NCBI GenBank assembly: GCA_022821235.1
Contig: JAJEEA010000236.1
Span: 1 to 57,580 of the forward strand
DNA from: Vicinamibacteria bacterium
Lineage (GTDB): Bacteria; Acidobacteriota; Vicinamibacteria; Vicinamibacterales; UBA8438
Length of the DNA stretch: 57,580 nt
Direction: 5' to 3'
Numbering within the stretch: the stretch's first letter is position 1; each line of letters starts with the position of its first letter. The translations under genes and the position numbers were made by a program. Positions 19,690 through 28,803 of this stretch are shown one piece after another. The notes under the pieces are model-generated. The model was given only the letters and a program-made list of their open reading frames with translations. It was not told the DNA's origin and ran no database searches.

Positions 19690-20580
19690 TCAGCGCGATG
19701 CCGCCTCCGCGGCCTCCTCCCCGCGGGCGATCTCGAGCGTCGCCGCGATGCCCGTGTTCCCCTCGTGGCAGGCGAACTCGAACATCGCCCCCTCGGTGGG
19801 CGGCATCAGGATCTCCGCCGTCCACGGCTGCGTCCACAGCTCCGGGTCCTCGTACGTCACCGCGTAGTGCACGGTCTCGGCGTCGAGCCGCGTGAAGCGC
19901 TCGACGAGGCGCATCCCGCCCTGCGACAGCCCCTGGAACCACTGGTCGTCCCGGAAGTTGGTGGTCTCGACCACCAGCGTGTCGCCCTCCCATCGGCCCC
20001 GCGAGTCGCCGAGCCACTGGCGCACGTGATCGGGCACGTGCGGCCGGCCGTCGAGGGGGATGACCCGGAACTCGTGGACCATCTCGTGCAGCAGGAGCAC
20101 GTGGTCGGGGGTCTGCGCGATGTGGACGTTCTGGCTGTAGGGGCCGCCGAGGCGCGGGATGCCGTACGAGATGCAGCGCTCCTGGGGGCTGCGGCCCTCC
20201 GGCCCTTCCGTCGTCTGCCCCGGGCGGGCGGCGCGGCGCGCCCGGCCCGCCGCCGAGTACGGGATGCGGCCGTCGGGGGGGTCGACGATCATGGACGTCC
20301 GGCCGTCCGACAGGCTGCGCTCCCACCAGACGACGCGGCGCGCCCCCACGCCCTCCGCCGACTGCTGCGCGGCGTCGACCTCGGCAATCTCCGCGTCGGT
20401 CAACTGCGCCCGGTCCCCGTAGCGCTCGGGGCGCTCGAGCGGGGTGGCGGTCCCGTGGCTCCAGACGCCCCGCAGGTCCGGCGCTCCCCACGGCGTGCGC
20501 GGCGGCGCCGTCTGACCGACGACCGTGGCCGGGACCAACGCCACGACGGCGACGGCGGCGAGAATCTTGGTCTGCTCCAT
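19690..20580 (-). CDS. Secreted hypothetical protein ('PDLxGVW...ACHEGN' family)
   Basis: RTPWGAPDLRGVW, GDSRGRWEGDTLVVETTNF, FEFACHEGN; paralog of 11211-12200. Confidence 0.85.
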   Translation of the reverse strand: MEQTKILAAVAVVALVPATVVGQTAPPRTPWGAPDLRGVWSHGTATPLERPERYGDRAQLTDAEIAEVDAAQQSAEGVGARRVVWWERSLSDGRTSMIVDPPDGRIPYSAAGRARRAARPGQTTEGPEGRSPQERCISYGIPRLGGPYSQNVHIAQTPDHVLLLHEMVHEFRVIPLDGRPHVPDHVRQWLGDSRGRWEGDTLVVETTNFRDDQWFQGLSQGGMRLVERFTRLDAETVHYAVTYEDPELWTQPWTAEILMPPTEGAMFEFACHEGNTGIAATLEIARGEEAAEAASR

Positions 20581-20600
20581 CCGCCGATCCTACCGCCGTT

Positions 20601-20912
20601 GGCAACCGCGACGGGACGCCGGGCGTCCCGGGGCGCCGCACCGCCGGACCCGCTGGCCCCATGGCAGAACCTCGCGTCGCGCCGAGACCACGAGGGGCCT
20701 GCCTGACAAGGCGTTCGGCAACCGTGCCCGCGCCCTGGCGTCCCGGGACGCCGCACCTTCGGATTCGGCTGCCCCCCGGCGGCAGCACCCTGAGTCGCAC
20801 CGCGCTCGGAGGGCGTCAGCGGATCGCCGAGGCGCCTACCTGACAAGGCGTGACGAGGGAGCATGTCGGACATGCCCGACGCCACGCTGCCAAGCGGGGC
20901 GCCTCGCCGATC
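20601..20912. repeat. Cluster of interleaved direct repeats and palindromes in a divergent intergenic region
   Basis: GGCGTCCCGGG(G/A)CGCCGCACC at 20622 and 20737; GCCT(G/A)CCTGACAAGGCGT at 20697 and 20834; 15-bp arms 20822-20836/20898-20912 (one mismatch) enclosing GCATGTC-G-GACATGC. Confidence 0.6.
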
Positions 20913-21001
20913 TGAAGGCAGCGGGGGACCCTCCACCGCAAGGTGCTAGGATATTGGCCCTCACTACAACCCCGGAGATTCAACCCAGGAGAAAGACGAG
21001 C

Positions 21002-22120
21002 ATGACCGAACATCGATGGAACTTCGTGAAGCGCGGCCTGGCCCTCGCGGCGCTGCTCGCCGTCGCCGCGGCGCCGGCGGCGGCCCAGGAGGGCTCGGCC
21101 GACCTCGTGCAGCGGATGCTGCCCAACCCCAACCCCGAGGTCGAGCTGAACTGGGCCGCGCTGCCCGACGACCGCGTGTGGGGCTCGACGGCGGGCATCG
21201 ACATCGACCCGACCGACGGCCACGTCTGGGTCTACGACCGTTGCGGCGGCATCGGGCTGGCCGGCGGATGCGCGGCCAACCCCACCGTCGATCCCATCCT
21301 GAAGTACGACCGCAACACCGGCGAGCTGCTCGCCGCGTTCGGCGCCGGGCTCTTCGTGCTGCCGCACGGCCTGCACGTCGACGACGACGGCAACGTCTGG
21401 GTCACCGACTCGCAGGGCAACGACGAGATCGGCCACCAGGTCTTCAAGTTCAGCCCCGAGGGCGAGGTCCTCATGACCCTCGGCGTCGCCGGACAGCCGG
21501 GCAGCGACCCCGAGGGCGTCCACCTGAACGAGCCGTGCGACGTCGTCACGTGGGGCCCGACCGGCGACATCTTCGTGTCGGACGGCCACAGCGGCCAGAA
21601 CCCCGATCCGCCGGCGGGCCGGACCGGCCGTATCCTCAAGTACGACCGCGACGGCAACTTCATCAAGCAGTGGGGCGAGATCGGCTTCCGGCCCGGCCAG
21701 TTCCGCACGCCGCACGGCGTCGAGTTCGACTCGCAGGGCCGCCTGTTCGTGGCGGACCGCGGCAACCACCGCATCCAGATCTTCGACCAGGAAGGCGAGC
21801 TGCTCGACATCTACTACCAGTTCAGCCGCATCAGCGGGCTGTACATCACCGCCGACGACACCCTCTACGCCATCGACTCGGAGTCGCAGGAGACCAACCA
21901 CTACGGCTGGCTGAACGGCACGCGCATCGGATCGGCCAACGAGGACGTGGTGACGGCGTTCATCCCGCCCCACGTCCCCGAGGAGGGCCGCACCCTGCAG
22001 GGCCTCGCCGGCGAGGGCATCGCGGTGGACGAGGACGGCAACGTCTTCGTGGCCGAGGGGCCGGCGTCGCGCCCGTTCGCGGGCGGCGGCGTCACGAAGT
22101 ACAGCAAGGCCATGAACTGA
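21002..22120 (+). CDS. NHL-repeat beta-propeller protein (peptidyl-alpha-hydroxyglycine lyase-like)
   Basis: Signal peptide; LPHGLHVDDDGNVWVTD, FRTPHGVEFDSQGRLFVADRGNHRIQIFD. Confidence 0.88.
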   Translation: MTEHRWNFVKRGLALAALLAVAAAPAAAQEGSADLVQRMLPNPNPEVELNWAALPDDRVWGSTAGIDIDPTDGHVWVYDRCGGIGLAGGCAANPTVDPILKYDRNTGELLAAFGAGLFVLPHGLHVDDDGNVWVTDSQGNDEIGHQVFKFSPEGEVLMTLGVAGQPGSDPEGVHLNEPCDVVTWGPTGDIFVSDGHSGQNPDPPAGRTGRILKYDRDGNFIKQWGEIGFRPGQFRTPHGVEFDSQGRLFVADRGNHRIQIFDQEGELLDIYYQFSRISGLYITADDTLYAIDSESQETNHYGWLNGTRIGSANEDVVTAFIPPHVPEEGRTLQGLAGEGIAVDEDGNVFVAEGPASRPFAGGGVTKYSKAMN

Positions 22121-22151
22121 CCGGCACGGGAACACCGCATCCGCAAGAACA

Positions 22152-22185
22152 GTCCCCGCGAGGCATGCCGACGCCTCGCGGGGAC
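22152..22185. terminator. 13-bp hairpin between convergent genes
   Basis: GTCCCCGCGAGGC-ATGCCGAC-GCCTCGCGGGGAC. Confidence 0.55.
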
Positions 22186-22261
22186 GCCCTCCTGCGAGAC
22201 TCCGGCGTAGCCAGCCAAGCGGGAAATCAGCTTCCGTTGACGGCGCCGGGCGAGAGAAGGC

Positions 22262-22504
22262 TCAGGGGAAATCCGAAAGGAGTTCGCGCACCATCTCGGT
22301 GGTGAGCGGAGCTTGTTCCGCGGGCGCGGCGAAGATCATCGCGCCGGTGTGCGGGCAGCGGACCCGACCGAGCGGCCGGGAGCCCGGCGTATCGAGACCC
22401 GCCCGGCGGCGGAGATACTCGGAGACGCTGACCCCCTCCGTGCGCGCCCGCGCACGGATGAGCAGAGCCTCGTCTTCGCTCACCTTGAACGAGATGGTGA
22501 CCAT
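22262..22504 (-). CDS. Ribbon-helix-helix antitoxin-like protein (no adjacent toxin)
   Basis: 80 aa; MVTISFKVSEDEALLIRARARTEGVSVSEYLRRRA RHH pattern, ending LTTEMVRELLSDFP. Confidence 0.7.
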   Translation of the reverse strand: MVTISFKVSEDEALLIRARARTEGVSVSEYLRRRAGLDTPGSRPLGRVRCPHTGAMIFAAPAEQAPLTTEMVRELLSDFP

Positions 22505-22507
22505 GCG

Positions 22508-22542
22508 GCAATACCGTATTGCTCCGCAAGCCGACCCGTCAA
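22508..22542 (-). promoter_or_regulatory. Putative promoter with palindromic operator for the RHH gene
   Basis: Minus strand TTGACG-18nt-TACGGT ending 8 nt before the ATG; palindrome GCAATAC-C-GTATTGC (22508-22522) covers the -10. Confidence 0.5.
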
Positions 22543-22784
22543 GGGTGGTCCGGCCGGGCGACACGGCGTGGACCGGCCTGGAGTCCGGAGAACGCCTCCA
22601 CTCGTCTCCGCGACGTTCGAACCGCGTGGCGACCCGCCGGAATCGGGTGCGCGGCGCCACCCCCCGGCGTGATTTGGCGTGGTCAACTCGCGGCAAAAGG
22701 ACTACGCTGTGCCATCCAGGGAGCCGGACGGGTCGCCTCGGTCGCGCGCCGTCCGGCGAGTCAACAGGAAGCGCGGAGGGAACC

Positions 22785-24314
22785 ATGCTGAAGCGAATCG
22801 TCTCGTTCGTTGCCGTCGCGATGCTGGCGGCGGGGCCGGCCGCGGCCCAGGACCCGATGGCGGCCCTGCAGGCCGCGATGGACACGATGGGCGTCACCGA
22901 CATGACGTCCATCCGGTACACGGGCAGCGGCTGGGTCGGCGCGGTGGGGCAGAACGCCTCGCCCGCCGAGGACTGGCCGCGCTTCGAGCTGGCGGAGTAC
23001 GAGCGCACCATCGACTTCGAGACCAACTCGTCGACCGAGAACATGATCATCCGGCAGGGCGGGTACCCCGCCCGGGGCGGCGGCGGCGCGCCGATCCAGG
23101 GCGACCGCATCCGCAACCCGCGGGTCCGGGGCGAGTACGCCTGGGACGCCCCCGGGGTCGATCGGGTGGTCCCCCAGCCCCAGCAGGCCGAGCGGCGCCT
23201 GCTCGAGATCTTCCTCACCCCGCACGGGTTCCTGCAGGGCGCCGCGGCCGGCGACCCGATCGCGATCCAGCGGAACGAGTACGGGCAGCGGGTGACCGTC
23301 GTCTCGTACATCGCCCTCGGCAAGTACCGCATCAACGGCACCATCACCGAGGACAACGTCGTCGAGCGGGTCCAGACGTGGATGCCCAGCCCCGTCGTCG
23401 GCGACATGTACTACGAGACCGTGTACACGGACTACCGGGACGTCGGGGACGGGATGATGTTCCCCTTCAACTGGCACCAGCACCAGGACTACGACGACGG
23501 CGCCAACGAGCCCAACGTCAGCGGCGGCGACCACTCGTTCAGCCTCACCACCATCGACAGCGTCGAGGTGAACGTGGACGGCGCCGCCCTCACGGTCCCC
23601 GACATCGTGCGCACCGCCACCGTGCCGCCGATGCGCGTCGAGTCCGAGGAAGTGGCCGACGGCGTGTGGCTGATCGCCGGGGGGTCGCACCACAGCGTGG
23701 CGGTGGAGTTCGCGGACCACGTCGCGGTCATCGAGGCCCCGCTGAACGAAGCGCGGTCGCTCGCGGTGATCGACGAGGTGATGCGCCTCATGCCGGACAA
23801 GCCGATCCGGTTCATCGTGACCACGCACCACCACTGGGACCACATCGGCGGCCTGCGAGCCTACGTGCACGAGGGGGCGACGGTCGTCACCCACTTCGGG
23901 AACCGCCCCTACTATCAGGAGGTGCTGCGGGCGGGGCTGTGGGTGCTCGAGCCCGACCGGCTCTCGCTGCACCCGCCCGAGGAGTGGTCCGAGGGCTACA
24001 TCTTCGAGACGCTGCACGAGAAGTACATCCTCGGCGACTCGACGCGGCTCGTCGAGCTGCACCACGTGCAGGGCCTCGCCCACGCCGCGGGGATGCTGAT
24101 CGCCTACCTCCCGGCCGACAAGATGCTCGTCCAGGCCGACCTCTACACGCCGCCGGGCCCCGGCCGGCCCCTGCCCGACGCGCCGAACGCCAGCGCCCGG
24201 GCCCTCTACCGGAACGTCGAGCGCCTGGGGCTGGACGTCGAGACCATCGTCCCCATCCACGGGCGCCCGGGCGCGTGGTCCGAGTTCGAGGCGTTCGTCA
24301 CCGGAGCCGAGTGA
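22785..24314 (+). CDS. Secreted MBL-fold metallo-hydrolase
   Basis: GGAGG RBS; signal peptide; THHHWDHIGG, AHAAGML, QADLY, VPIHG. Confidence 0.9.
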   Translation: MLKRIVSFVAVAMLAAGPAAAQDPMAALQAAMDTMGVTDMTSIRYTGSGWVGAVGQNASPAEDWPRFELAEYERTIDFETNSSTENMIIRQGGYPARGGGGAPIQGDRIRNPRVRGEYAWDAPGVDRVVPQPQQAERRLLEIFLTPHGFLQGAAAGDPIAIQRNEYGQRVTVVSYIALGKYRINGTITEDNVVERVQTWMPSPVVGDMYYETVYTDYRDVGDGMMFPFNWHQHQDYDDGANEPNVSGGDHSFSLTTIDSVEVNVDGAALTVPDIVRTATVPPMRVESEEVADGVWLIAGGSHHSVAVEFADHVAVIEAPLNEARSLAVIDEVMRLMPDKPIRFIVTTHHHWDHIGGLRAYVHEGATVVTHFGNRPYYQEVLRAGLWVLEPDRLSLHPPEEWSEGYIFETLHEKYILGDSTRLVELHHVQGLAHAAGMLIAYLPADKMLVQADLYTPPGPGRPLPDAPNASARALYRNVERLGLDVETIVPIHGRPGAWSEFEAFVTGAE

Positions 24315-24469
24315 CGCACGCCGTCCCGACTCTGGACGGCCGCGGCGCCCGGGCGCGTTTTCTCCCGGGCACCGCGGCGCCTCTCCGAGCAGCGGCCGGC
24401 GGCGGCACCCCCGCTTCGCCGGCCGTTGTCCGCCGAAGAGCGCCCCGGCAATGGGGTATCATCGAGTGA

Positions 24470-24691
24470 ATGAGCGAAGCGCTCCGGTTGATTGGGCTCA
24501 CACAGGACGGTGCCCTGCTGCCCGTGCTGCTGGCGTGCGCCGTCGTCTGGATGACGATGACCGTCCGCCAGTTGCGCGGCGACGTGGCTTCCCTGCGCGA
24601 CGACCATCGGAAGGTGGATGCCGCGTTGCGACGGATGGCTGAAGACGTGGCGTTCCTGCGCGGCAGAGCCGAACGGCAACCCGCCCCCTGA
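24470..24691 (+). CDS. Small hypothetical membrane protein with coiled-coil tail
   Basis: 73 aa; hydrophobic helix followed by LRGDVASLRDDHRKVDAALRRMAEDVAFLRG. Confidence 0.55.
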   Translation: MSEALRLIGLTQDGALLPVLLACAVVWMTMTVRQLRGDVASLRDDHRKVDAALRRMAEDVAFLRGRAERQPAP

Positions 24692-24781
24692 CCTACCCGC
24701 ACGCCCCCGACGGCCGGCGACGGCGTAGTGGCCGACCCGGCGCGCTCCCGACAGAACGGCCCGGAAATCGTCGCCGAACGC

Positions 24782-24866
24782 GCCCGCAAGGTCGCGCTAC
24801 GGATTCCGGCGGTCGCCCAACCGACCTCCCGGCGACTCTGCACCGTTCCACAGCGCAAGACGCCTA
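24782..24866. repeat. Dispersed ~80 bp repeat, copy 3 (more diverged)
   Basis: ...GGATTCCGGCGGTCGCCCAACCGACC...TCTGCACCGTTC...ACGCCTA, ending on the stop codon of the RraA gene as copy 1 does on its gene. Confidence 0.55.
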
Positions 24867-25760
24867 CCGCCGTCGTTCGTACTCGCGCCGCAGGGCCGGC
24901 GAGAGCGGGTAGACGTCGCGGAACCGGTGCTCGCCCGACCGCAGCAGCTCCCGCTCGTGCTCCTCGAGCGCCGCCTGCTCCTCCGCCGCCCGCAGCACGT
25001 CGGCCACGAGGCGCCCGGGAAAGAACAGCACCCCAGTCTCGTCGGCGACGACGACGTCGCCGGGCAGCACCGTCGCGGTCCCGATGCGGACCGGGGCGTT
25101 CCACTCGACGCCGAGCCAGCTCGTGGTCGTGACGTCGAAGAACCGCGCGAAGACCGGGAAGTCCGCGAACGTCTCCCCCACCAGCTCCGCCAGATCGCGG
25201 CTGCCGCCGTCGATGACCACGCCGGCCGCGCCGCGCAGCTTGATGCCGAGCGCCCCCATGCCCCCGAACAGCACGTGGCCGTCCGCGCCCCCGAGCTCGG
25301 CCACGATCACGTCGCCGGGCCGCGCCTCCTCGGACGCGCGCGCGTAGTACCGCCGGTCCCAGTCGCCCTCGGCCGCGAGCTGGTCGATGGCCTCCACCAG
25401 GTCCGGCCGCGGCGGCAGGAAGCGCATGGTCAGCGCCCGGCCCGCCACCCGCCGCCCCGGCTGCGTCGCGCGGAACCCGCGCACGTAGTTCGTCCGATAG
25501 TCGCCGAGCGAGCGCCAGATGTCCTCGAGCTGCATCTCGGCGAGCCGCGCCAGGTCGGCATCGCTGACCTCCACCCTCTCCTGCCTGGAGCGGATGACGT
25601 CCATGATCGCGCTGTAGGACGAGCGGTTCGCCCGGAACCCCTCGGGCGCCGCCACGCCGTCCGAGGCGCCGTCCGGGCTCGGTTCCTGGGCAGTCGCACC
25701 ACCACCAGCAAGCAGGACGGCCACCAGGAATCCGAGGCAGAGACTGATGCGAATCGGCAT
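24864..25760 (-). CDS. RraA/HMG-aldolase-family protein
   Basis: AGRALTMRF, PGDVIV, GVVIDGGSRD, PVRIGTATVLPGDVVVADETGV; GGAGG RBS; N-terminal signal-like segment. Confidence 0.85.
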   Translation of the reverse strand: MPIRISLCLGFLVAVLLAGGGATAQEPSPDGASDGVAAPEGFRANRSSYSAIMDVIRSRQERVEVSDADLARLAEMQLEDIWRSLGDYRTNYVRGFRATQPGRRVAGRALTMRFLPPRPDLVEAIDQLAAEGDWDRRYYARASEEARPGDVIVAELGGADGHVLFGGMGALGIKLRGAAGVVIDGGSRDLAELVGETFADFPVFARFFDVTTTSWLGVEWNAPVRIGTATVLPGDVVVADETGVLFFPGRLVADVLRAAEEQAALEEHERELLRSGEHRFRDVYPLSPALRREYERRR

Positions 25761-25994
25761 GGTACCCCTCCTGCGAGGCGTGGCAGACCCGTGGCAAGCC
25801 CGGTGGTTCCCAACACGCTCCTGGCCGGGCAGAATAGTCTACTGATGTTGGCGACGACAGCGCTCCGGTCTTCGGCGGACCACGTTGACAGAGGGCGGGG
25901 GCTGCGGAGCACCCTCCCGTCCACCCGCACCGCTTGCGGGCCTCCGCGCTCCAGTCCAGGTTCGCGAACGGTCCCGTCGCAAACATGTGTCCGT

Positions 25995-26309
25995 TCAGGG
26001 CGAGCCGAACACGGCGCGGCGTAGCGTGTCGTTCAGCCGCGTCTGCCAGCCCGGCCCAGCGGCCCGGAAGTGGGCGGTGATGTCCGTATCCAGGCGAATC
26101 GTGACCTGCTCCTTGGTGGGGGCTTTCTGCTTGCCACGACCGCGGCGGACATGTTCAACGAGGTCCGGGTCCACGACGGCAGCCGGTCGGGCACTCGCGA
26201 ACCACGCGTCGTTCAGTTCCTCGGCGTCGGGGTCGGCCGCGATTCCCGCGTCGATCGCCGCGTCTTCCTCGGGAGTCGGCACGATCGTGTCAGGCTTCAG
26301 CTTGGGCAT
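25995..26309 (-). CDS. brnA: BrnA-family antitoxin
   Basis: RGRGKQKAPTKEQVTIRLDTDITAHFRAAGPGWQTRLNDTLR. Confidence 0.9.
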   Translation of the reverse strand: MPKLKPDTIVPTPEEDAAIDAGIAADPDAEELNDAWFASARPAAVVDPDLVEHVRRGRGKQKAPTKEQVTIRLDTDITAHFRAAGPGWQTRLNDTLRRAVFGSP

Positions 26310-26577
26310 ACTTGCGCACCTCCCGGGCGTTGGCCTTGCGCAGACTGATGATGCGGCGGCGCGTCCCGCGCATCGCGTACACTACGACGTGAAGCCGGCT
26401 GCCGATGTAGCCCGTGGCGATCCATCGCGGCTCGGCGTGCCTGGTATCGGCATTGGCGATCGCCGTCTCCCAATCGAAGGCATCGACGGCTTCGAAGTCC
26501 ACCTCGTGCTTGACGAGATTGGCCTGCCGCTTCGCGTCGTCCCATTCGAACCCGCCCACGAGATCAGCATATCGCAA
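26290..26577 (-). CDS. brnT: BrnT-family toxin
   Basis: FEWDDAKRQANLVKHEVDF...EPRW...RRIISLRKANARE; overlaps brnA. Confidence 0.9.
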   Translation of the reverse strand: MRYADLVGGFEWDDAKRQANLVKHEVDFEAVDAFDWETAIANADTRHAEPRWIATGYIGSRLHVVVYAMRGTRRRIISLRKANAREVRKYAQAEA

Positions 26578-26584
26578 CTACGAT

Positions 26585-26596
26585 ATACTCGAGTAT
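26585..26596. promoter_or_regulatory. Palindrome upstream of brnT, possible operator
   Basis: ATACTCGAGTAT, a perfect AT-rich 12-bp palindrome just upstream of the TTG start. Confidence 0.45.
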
Positions 26597-26663
26597 CGAT
26601 TCCCGTCGCTCCACTGTACCTGCAATCGTGTCGCGCCGGTACCCACCCTTCCACGACCGATTC

Positions 26664-28415
26664 TCACGGCCCCCCGGTGCGCCACGCCAACGACGCGCCG
26701 GCGGGGGCATTGGCGGCCACGTGGTCCGCCATCCGCCGTACGAGGTCGGCGTTGGTGAACGGCGACCACAGGTGGCCCTTCATGGGGCGGCCGTGGACGA
26801 ACTCGCCGCCGTAGTGCGGATCGGTCGTACCCTCGAGGAAGGCCTCCAGCAGGTAGACCGCGTAGGTCAGGTAGAACTGGTCCATCTCGGGGTTGTACAC
26901 GTGGATCTTGCCGACCAGGTCGGGGCCGATGCGGGGCCAGCTCTCCTCGAGGTAATGCCGCAGGTCGTAGCCGTTGTCCCGCATGTAGTGCGCGACCTCC
27001 CGGTCGATGGCGCCGGTCTCGAGGTCCCAGAGGCGCCGCGGATAACCGTCGTCGCCGGGCAGCCCGAACGCCGCGTTCCAGGCGTCGATCTGCCCGCCCG
27101 AGCGCCCGCGCGAGCCCTGCGCGCGCTCGAGCCGGCTGAGCTGTCGTACGCTGCCCACCGGCTGCCCCTCGATGGTCCGCTGGAACATCCGCTCCGGCGC
27201 GCCCGGCACCGCGCCCGGAACCAGGAACGCGCTGTCGTCCTGGTAGATGTCGATGAGCTGGTAGCGCCGGAAGTCGACCGAGTCGGGGTAGAAGGTCCAC
27301 GTTCCCCCGTAGAACGTCGGGTGGCGGACCTGCCAGGCGAGCGAAATCCAGCCGCCGGTGGAACCGCCGGTGAGCACCCGGGCCCAGGGCTCGCCGATCA
27401 TCCGGAAGTTCTCTTCGAGGTAGGGGATGAGCTCCTGGTGGATGGCGTCGCCGTAGGGGCCGTTGTTCGCCGAGTTGACCCCGTAGGAGTCGTCGAAGAA
27501 GGGCGTGGGGTGCTGGATGGTCACCGCGATCACGCGCGGGAAGTCGTCGCCGGTCCACGCGCGCTGGAAGTCGTAGCCGGACTCGCGCATCCCCCCCGCG
27601 TCGCGCCACATCCAGTCGAAGAGCCCCGGCTCGCCCGAGGGCGGCCCGGTGGTGAAGCCGAAGGCGGGGTCGAGGCGGAAGTGGTCGAGCTCGAAGACCA
27701 CCGGGTAGCGCAGGTCGGGGTCGTCGTCGTAGCCGCGGGGCAGCAGGACGACGGCGCCCAGGTACATGGGGTGTCCCCACCATTCGCTGAGAATGCGGCT
27801 CCGGATCTTGACGCGTCGGACCCACTCGGTGTCGGGCGGCGCCTCGACGGGCGGGATGACGTCCGCCAGCTCCAGGCGGATCGGCTCGTCCGAAGCAGGG
27901 TCTACGCGCACGCGCCGCGGAACGCTGACGAGGTTGCCCGGCGAGAACGCCCAGCGCTGGCCCTCCCACTGGTCCTGCGGGGCCCGGATGACGTGGTCGT
28001 CCTGCCGGCGGAACTCCGTGTAGACATGGAGCAGCGCCTGGACCCAGTAGTCGCCCGCCGGCAGCTCGCCCAGGCGCGCGTAGGGATAGCCGTCAGCGCC
28101 TGCGTCGATGAACATCGCCCCGCCCGGTTCGACGGCCTCGACGTCGGCCGCGAAGAAGGGCACCCGCCCGTCGCGCTGCCGCGCCGAGTTGTAGGCGGCG
28201 ATGCGGGGCTCGGGCTCCGCGGTCGGGGCGAGGGCCAGGAAGAGGCGGCCGGTCAGCGGGCCGTCGTGGAGGCCGGCCGGGTAGCCGACCTCGATGCGGA
28301 GGAGCGCCGGCGACGAGGCTTCACCGGTCTGGCCACCCGACACCGGCGGGCAGACGGTCAGGACCACGGCGAAGGCCGGGGCAAGGCGGCCAACGAAGGG
28401 AAACCATGCGCGCAT
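26664..28415 (-). CDS. Secreted putative esterase (alpha/beta hydrolase fold)
   Basis: ATG 28415 with GGAG RBS; signal peptide; VVLLPRGY, DSYGVNSANNGPYGDA, LTGGSTGGW. Confidence 0.85.
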   Translation of the reverse strand: MRAWFPFVGRLAPAFAVVLTVCPPVSGGQTGEASSPALLRIEVGYPAGLHDGPLTGRLFLALAPTAEPEPRIAAYNSARQRDGRVPFFAADVEAVEPGGAMFIDAGADGYPYARLGELPAGDYWVQALLHVYTEFRRQDDHVIRAPQDQWEGQRWAFSPGNLVSVPRRVRVDPASDEPIRLELADVIPPVEAPPDTEWVRRVKIRSRILSEWWGHPMYLGAVVLLPRGYDDDPDLRYPVVFELDHFRLDPAFGFTTGPPSGEPGLFDWMWRDAGGMRESGYDFQRAWTGDDFPRVIAVTIQHPTPFFDDSYGVNSANNGPYGDAIHQELIPYLEENFRMIGEPWARVLTGGSTGGWISLAWQVRHPTFYGGTWTFYPDSVDFRRYQLIDIYQDDSAFLVPGAVPGAPERMFQRTIEGQPVGSVRQLSRLERAQGSRGRSGGQIDAWNAAFGLPGDDGYPRRLWDLETGAIDREVAHYMRDNGYDLRHYLEESWPRIGPDLVGKIHVYNPEMDQFYLTYAVYLLEAFLEGTTDPHYGGEFVHGRPMKGHLWSPFTNADLVRRMADHVAANAPAGASLAWRTGGP

Positions 28416-28423
28416 CGGCACTC

Positions 28424-28562
28424 TCCACTTGTACGGTGACGTCGATGTCCTGTGTCGCGCGGGGCGCCGCGCACCGCGACGGCGTGCGCCCCCGAAGACG
28501 AACGACAGCCCCTGCCCGTCGAGCACCCGACGGACGCAGAGCGTTTCAGCGACGACGGACAT
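28424..28562 (-). pseudogene. Eroded N-terminal remnant of a nucleotidyltransferase gene
   Basis: ATG 28562 overlaps the upstream gene; across small indels reads MSVVAETL..RRVLDGQGLS.FVFGAHAVAVRGAPR.TQDIDVTVQVE (G-x-A and DxD motifs), then runs into the esterase RBS. Confidence 0.6.
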
Positions 28563-28803
28563 GGGTGGCGGCGTCGAGCAGGGCTCGAACGCGCAGGTGG
28601 GTCGCCAGGTCGGCGCGGCGGACCGTCTCGGTCGGCCAGTCCGGCCGCGTGGCGCGCATCGCTTCGTACAGGCCGATGGCGCTCCGGACCTTCTCCGCAA
28701 CCGGCAGGCCCGCCCGGCGCCGGCGCGCCAACCTCTCGGGCATTCCCCAGTCCCGACCTGCGTACTCCCGCAGGTCCGCCGTCTGAAGCCGAGGCGTCGC
28801 CAT
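28546..28803 (-). CDS. Small hypothetical protein, probable partner of the nucleotidyltransferase remnant
   Basis: ATG 28803 with GGAGG RBS; 85 aa (LREYAGRDW...RPDWPTETVRRADLATH). Confidence 0.65.
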   Translation of the reverse strand: MATPRLQTADLREYAGRDWGMPERLARRRRAGLPVAEKVRSAIGLYEAMRATRPDWPTETVRRADLATHLRVRALLDAATHVRRR

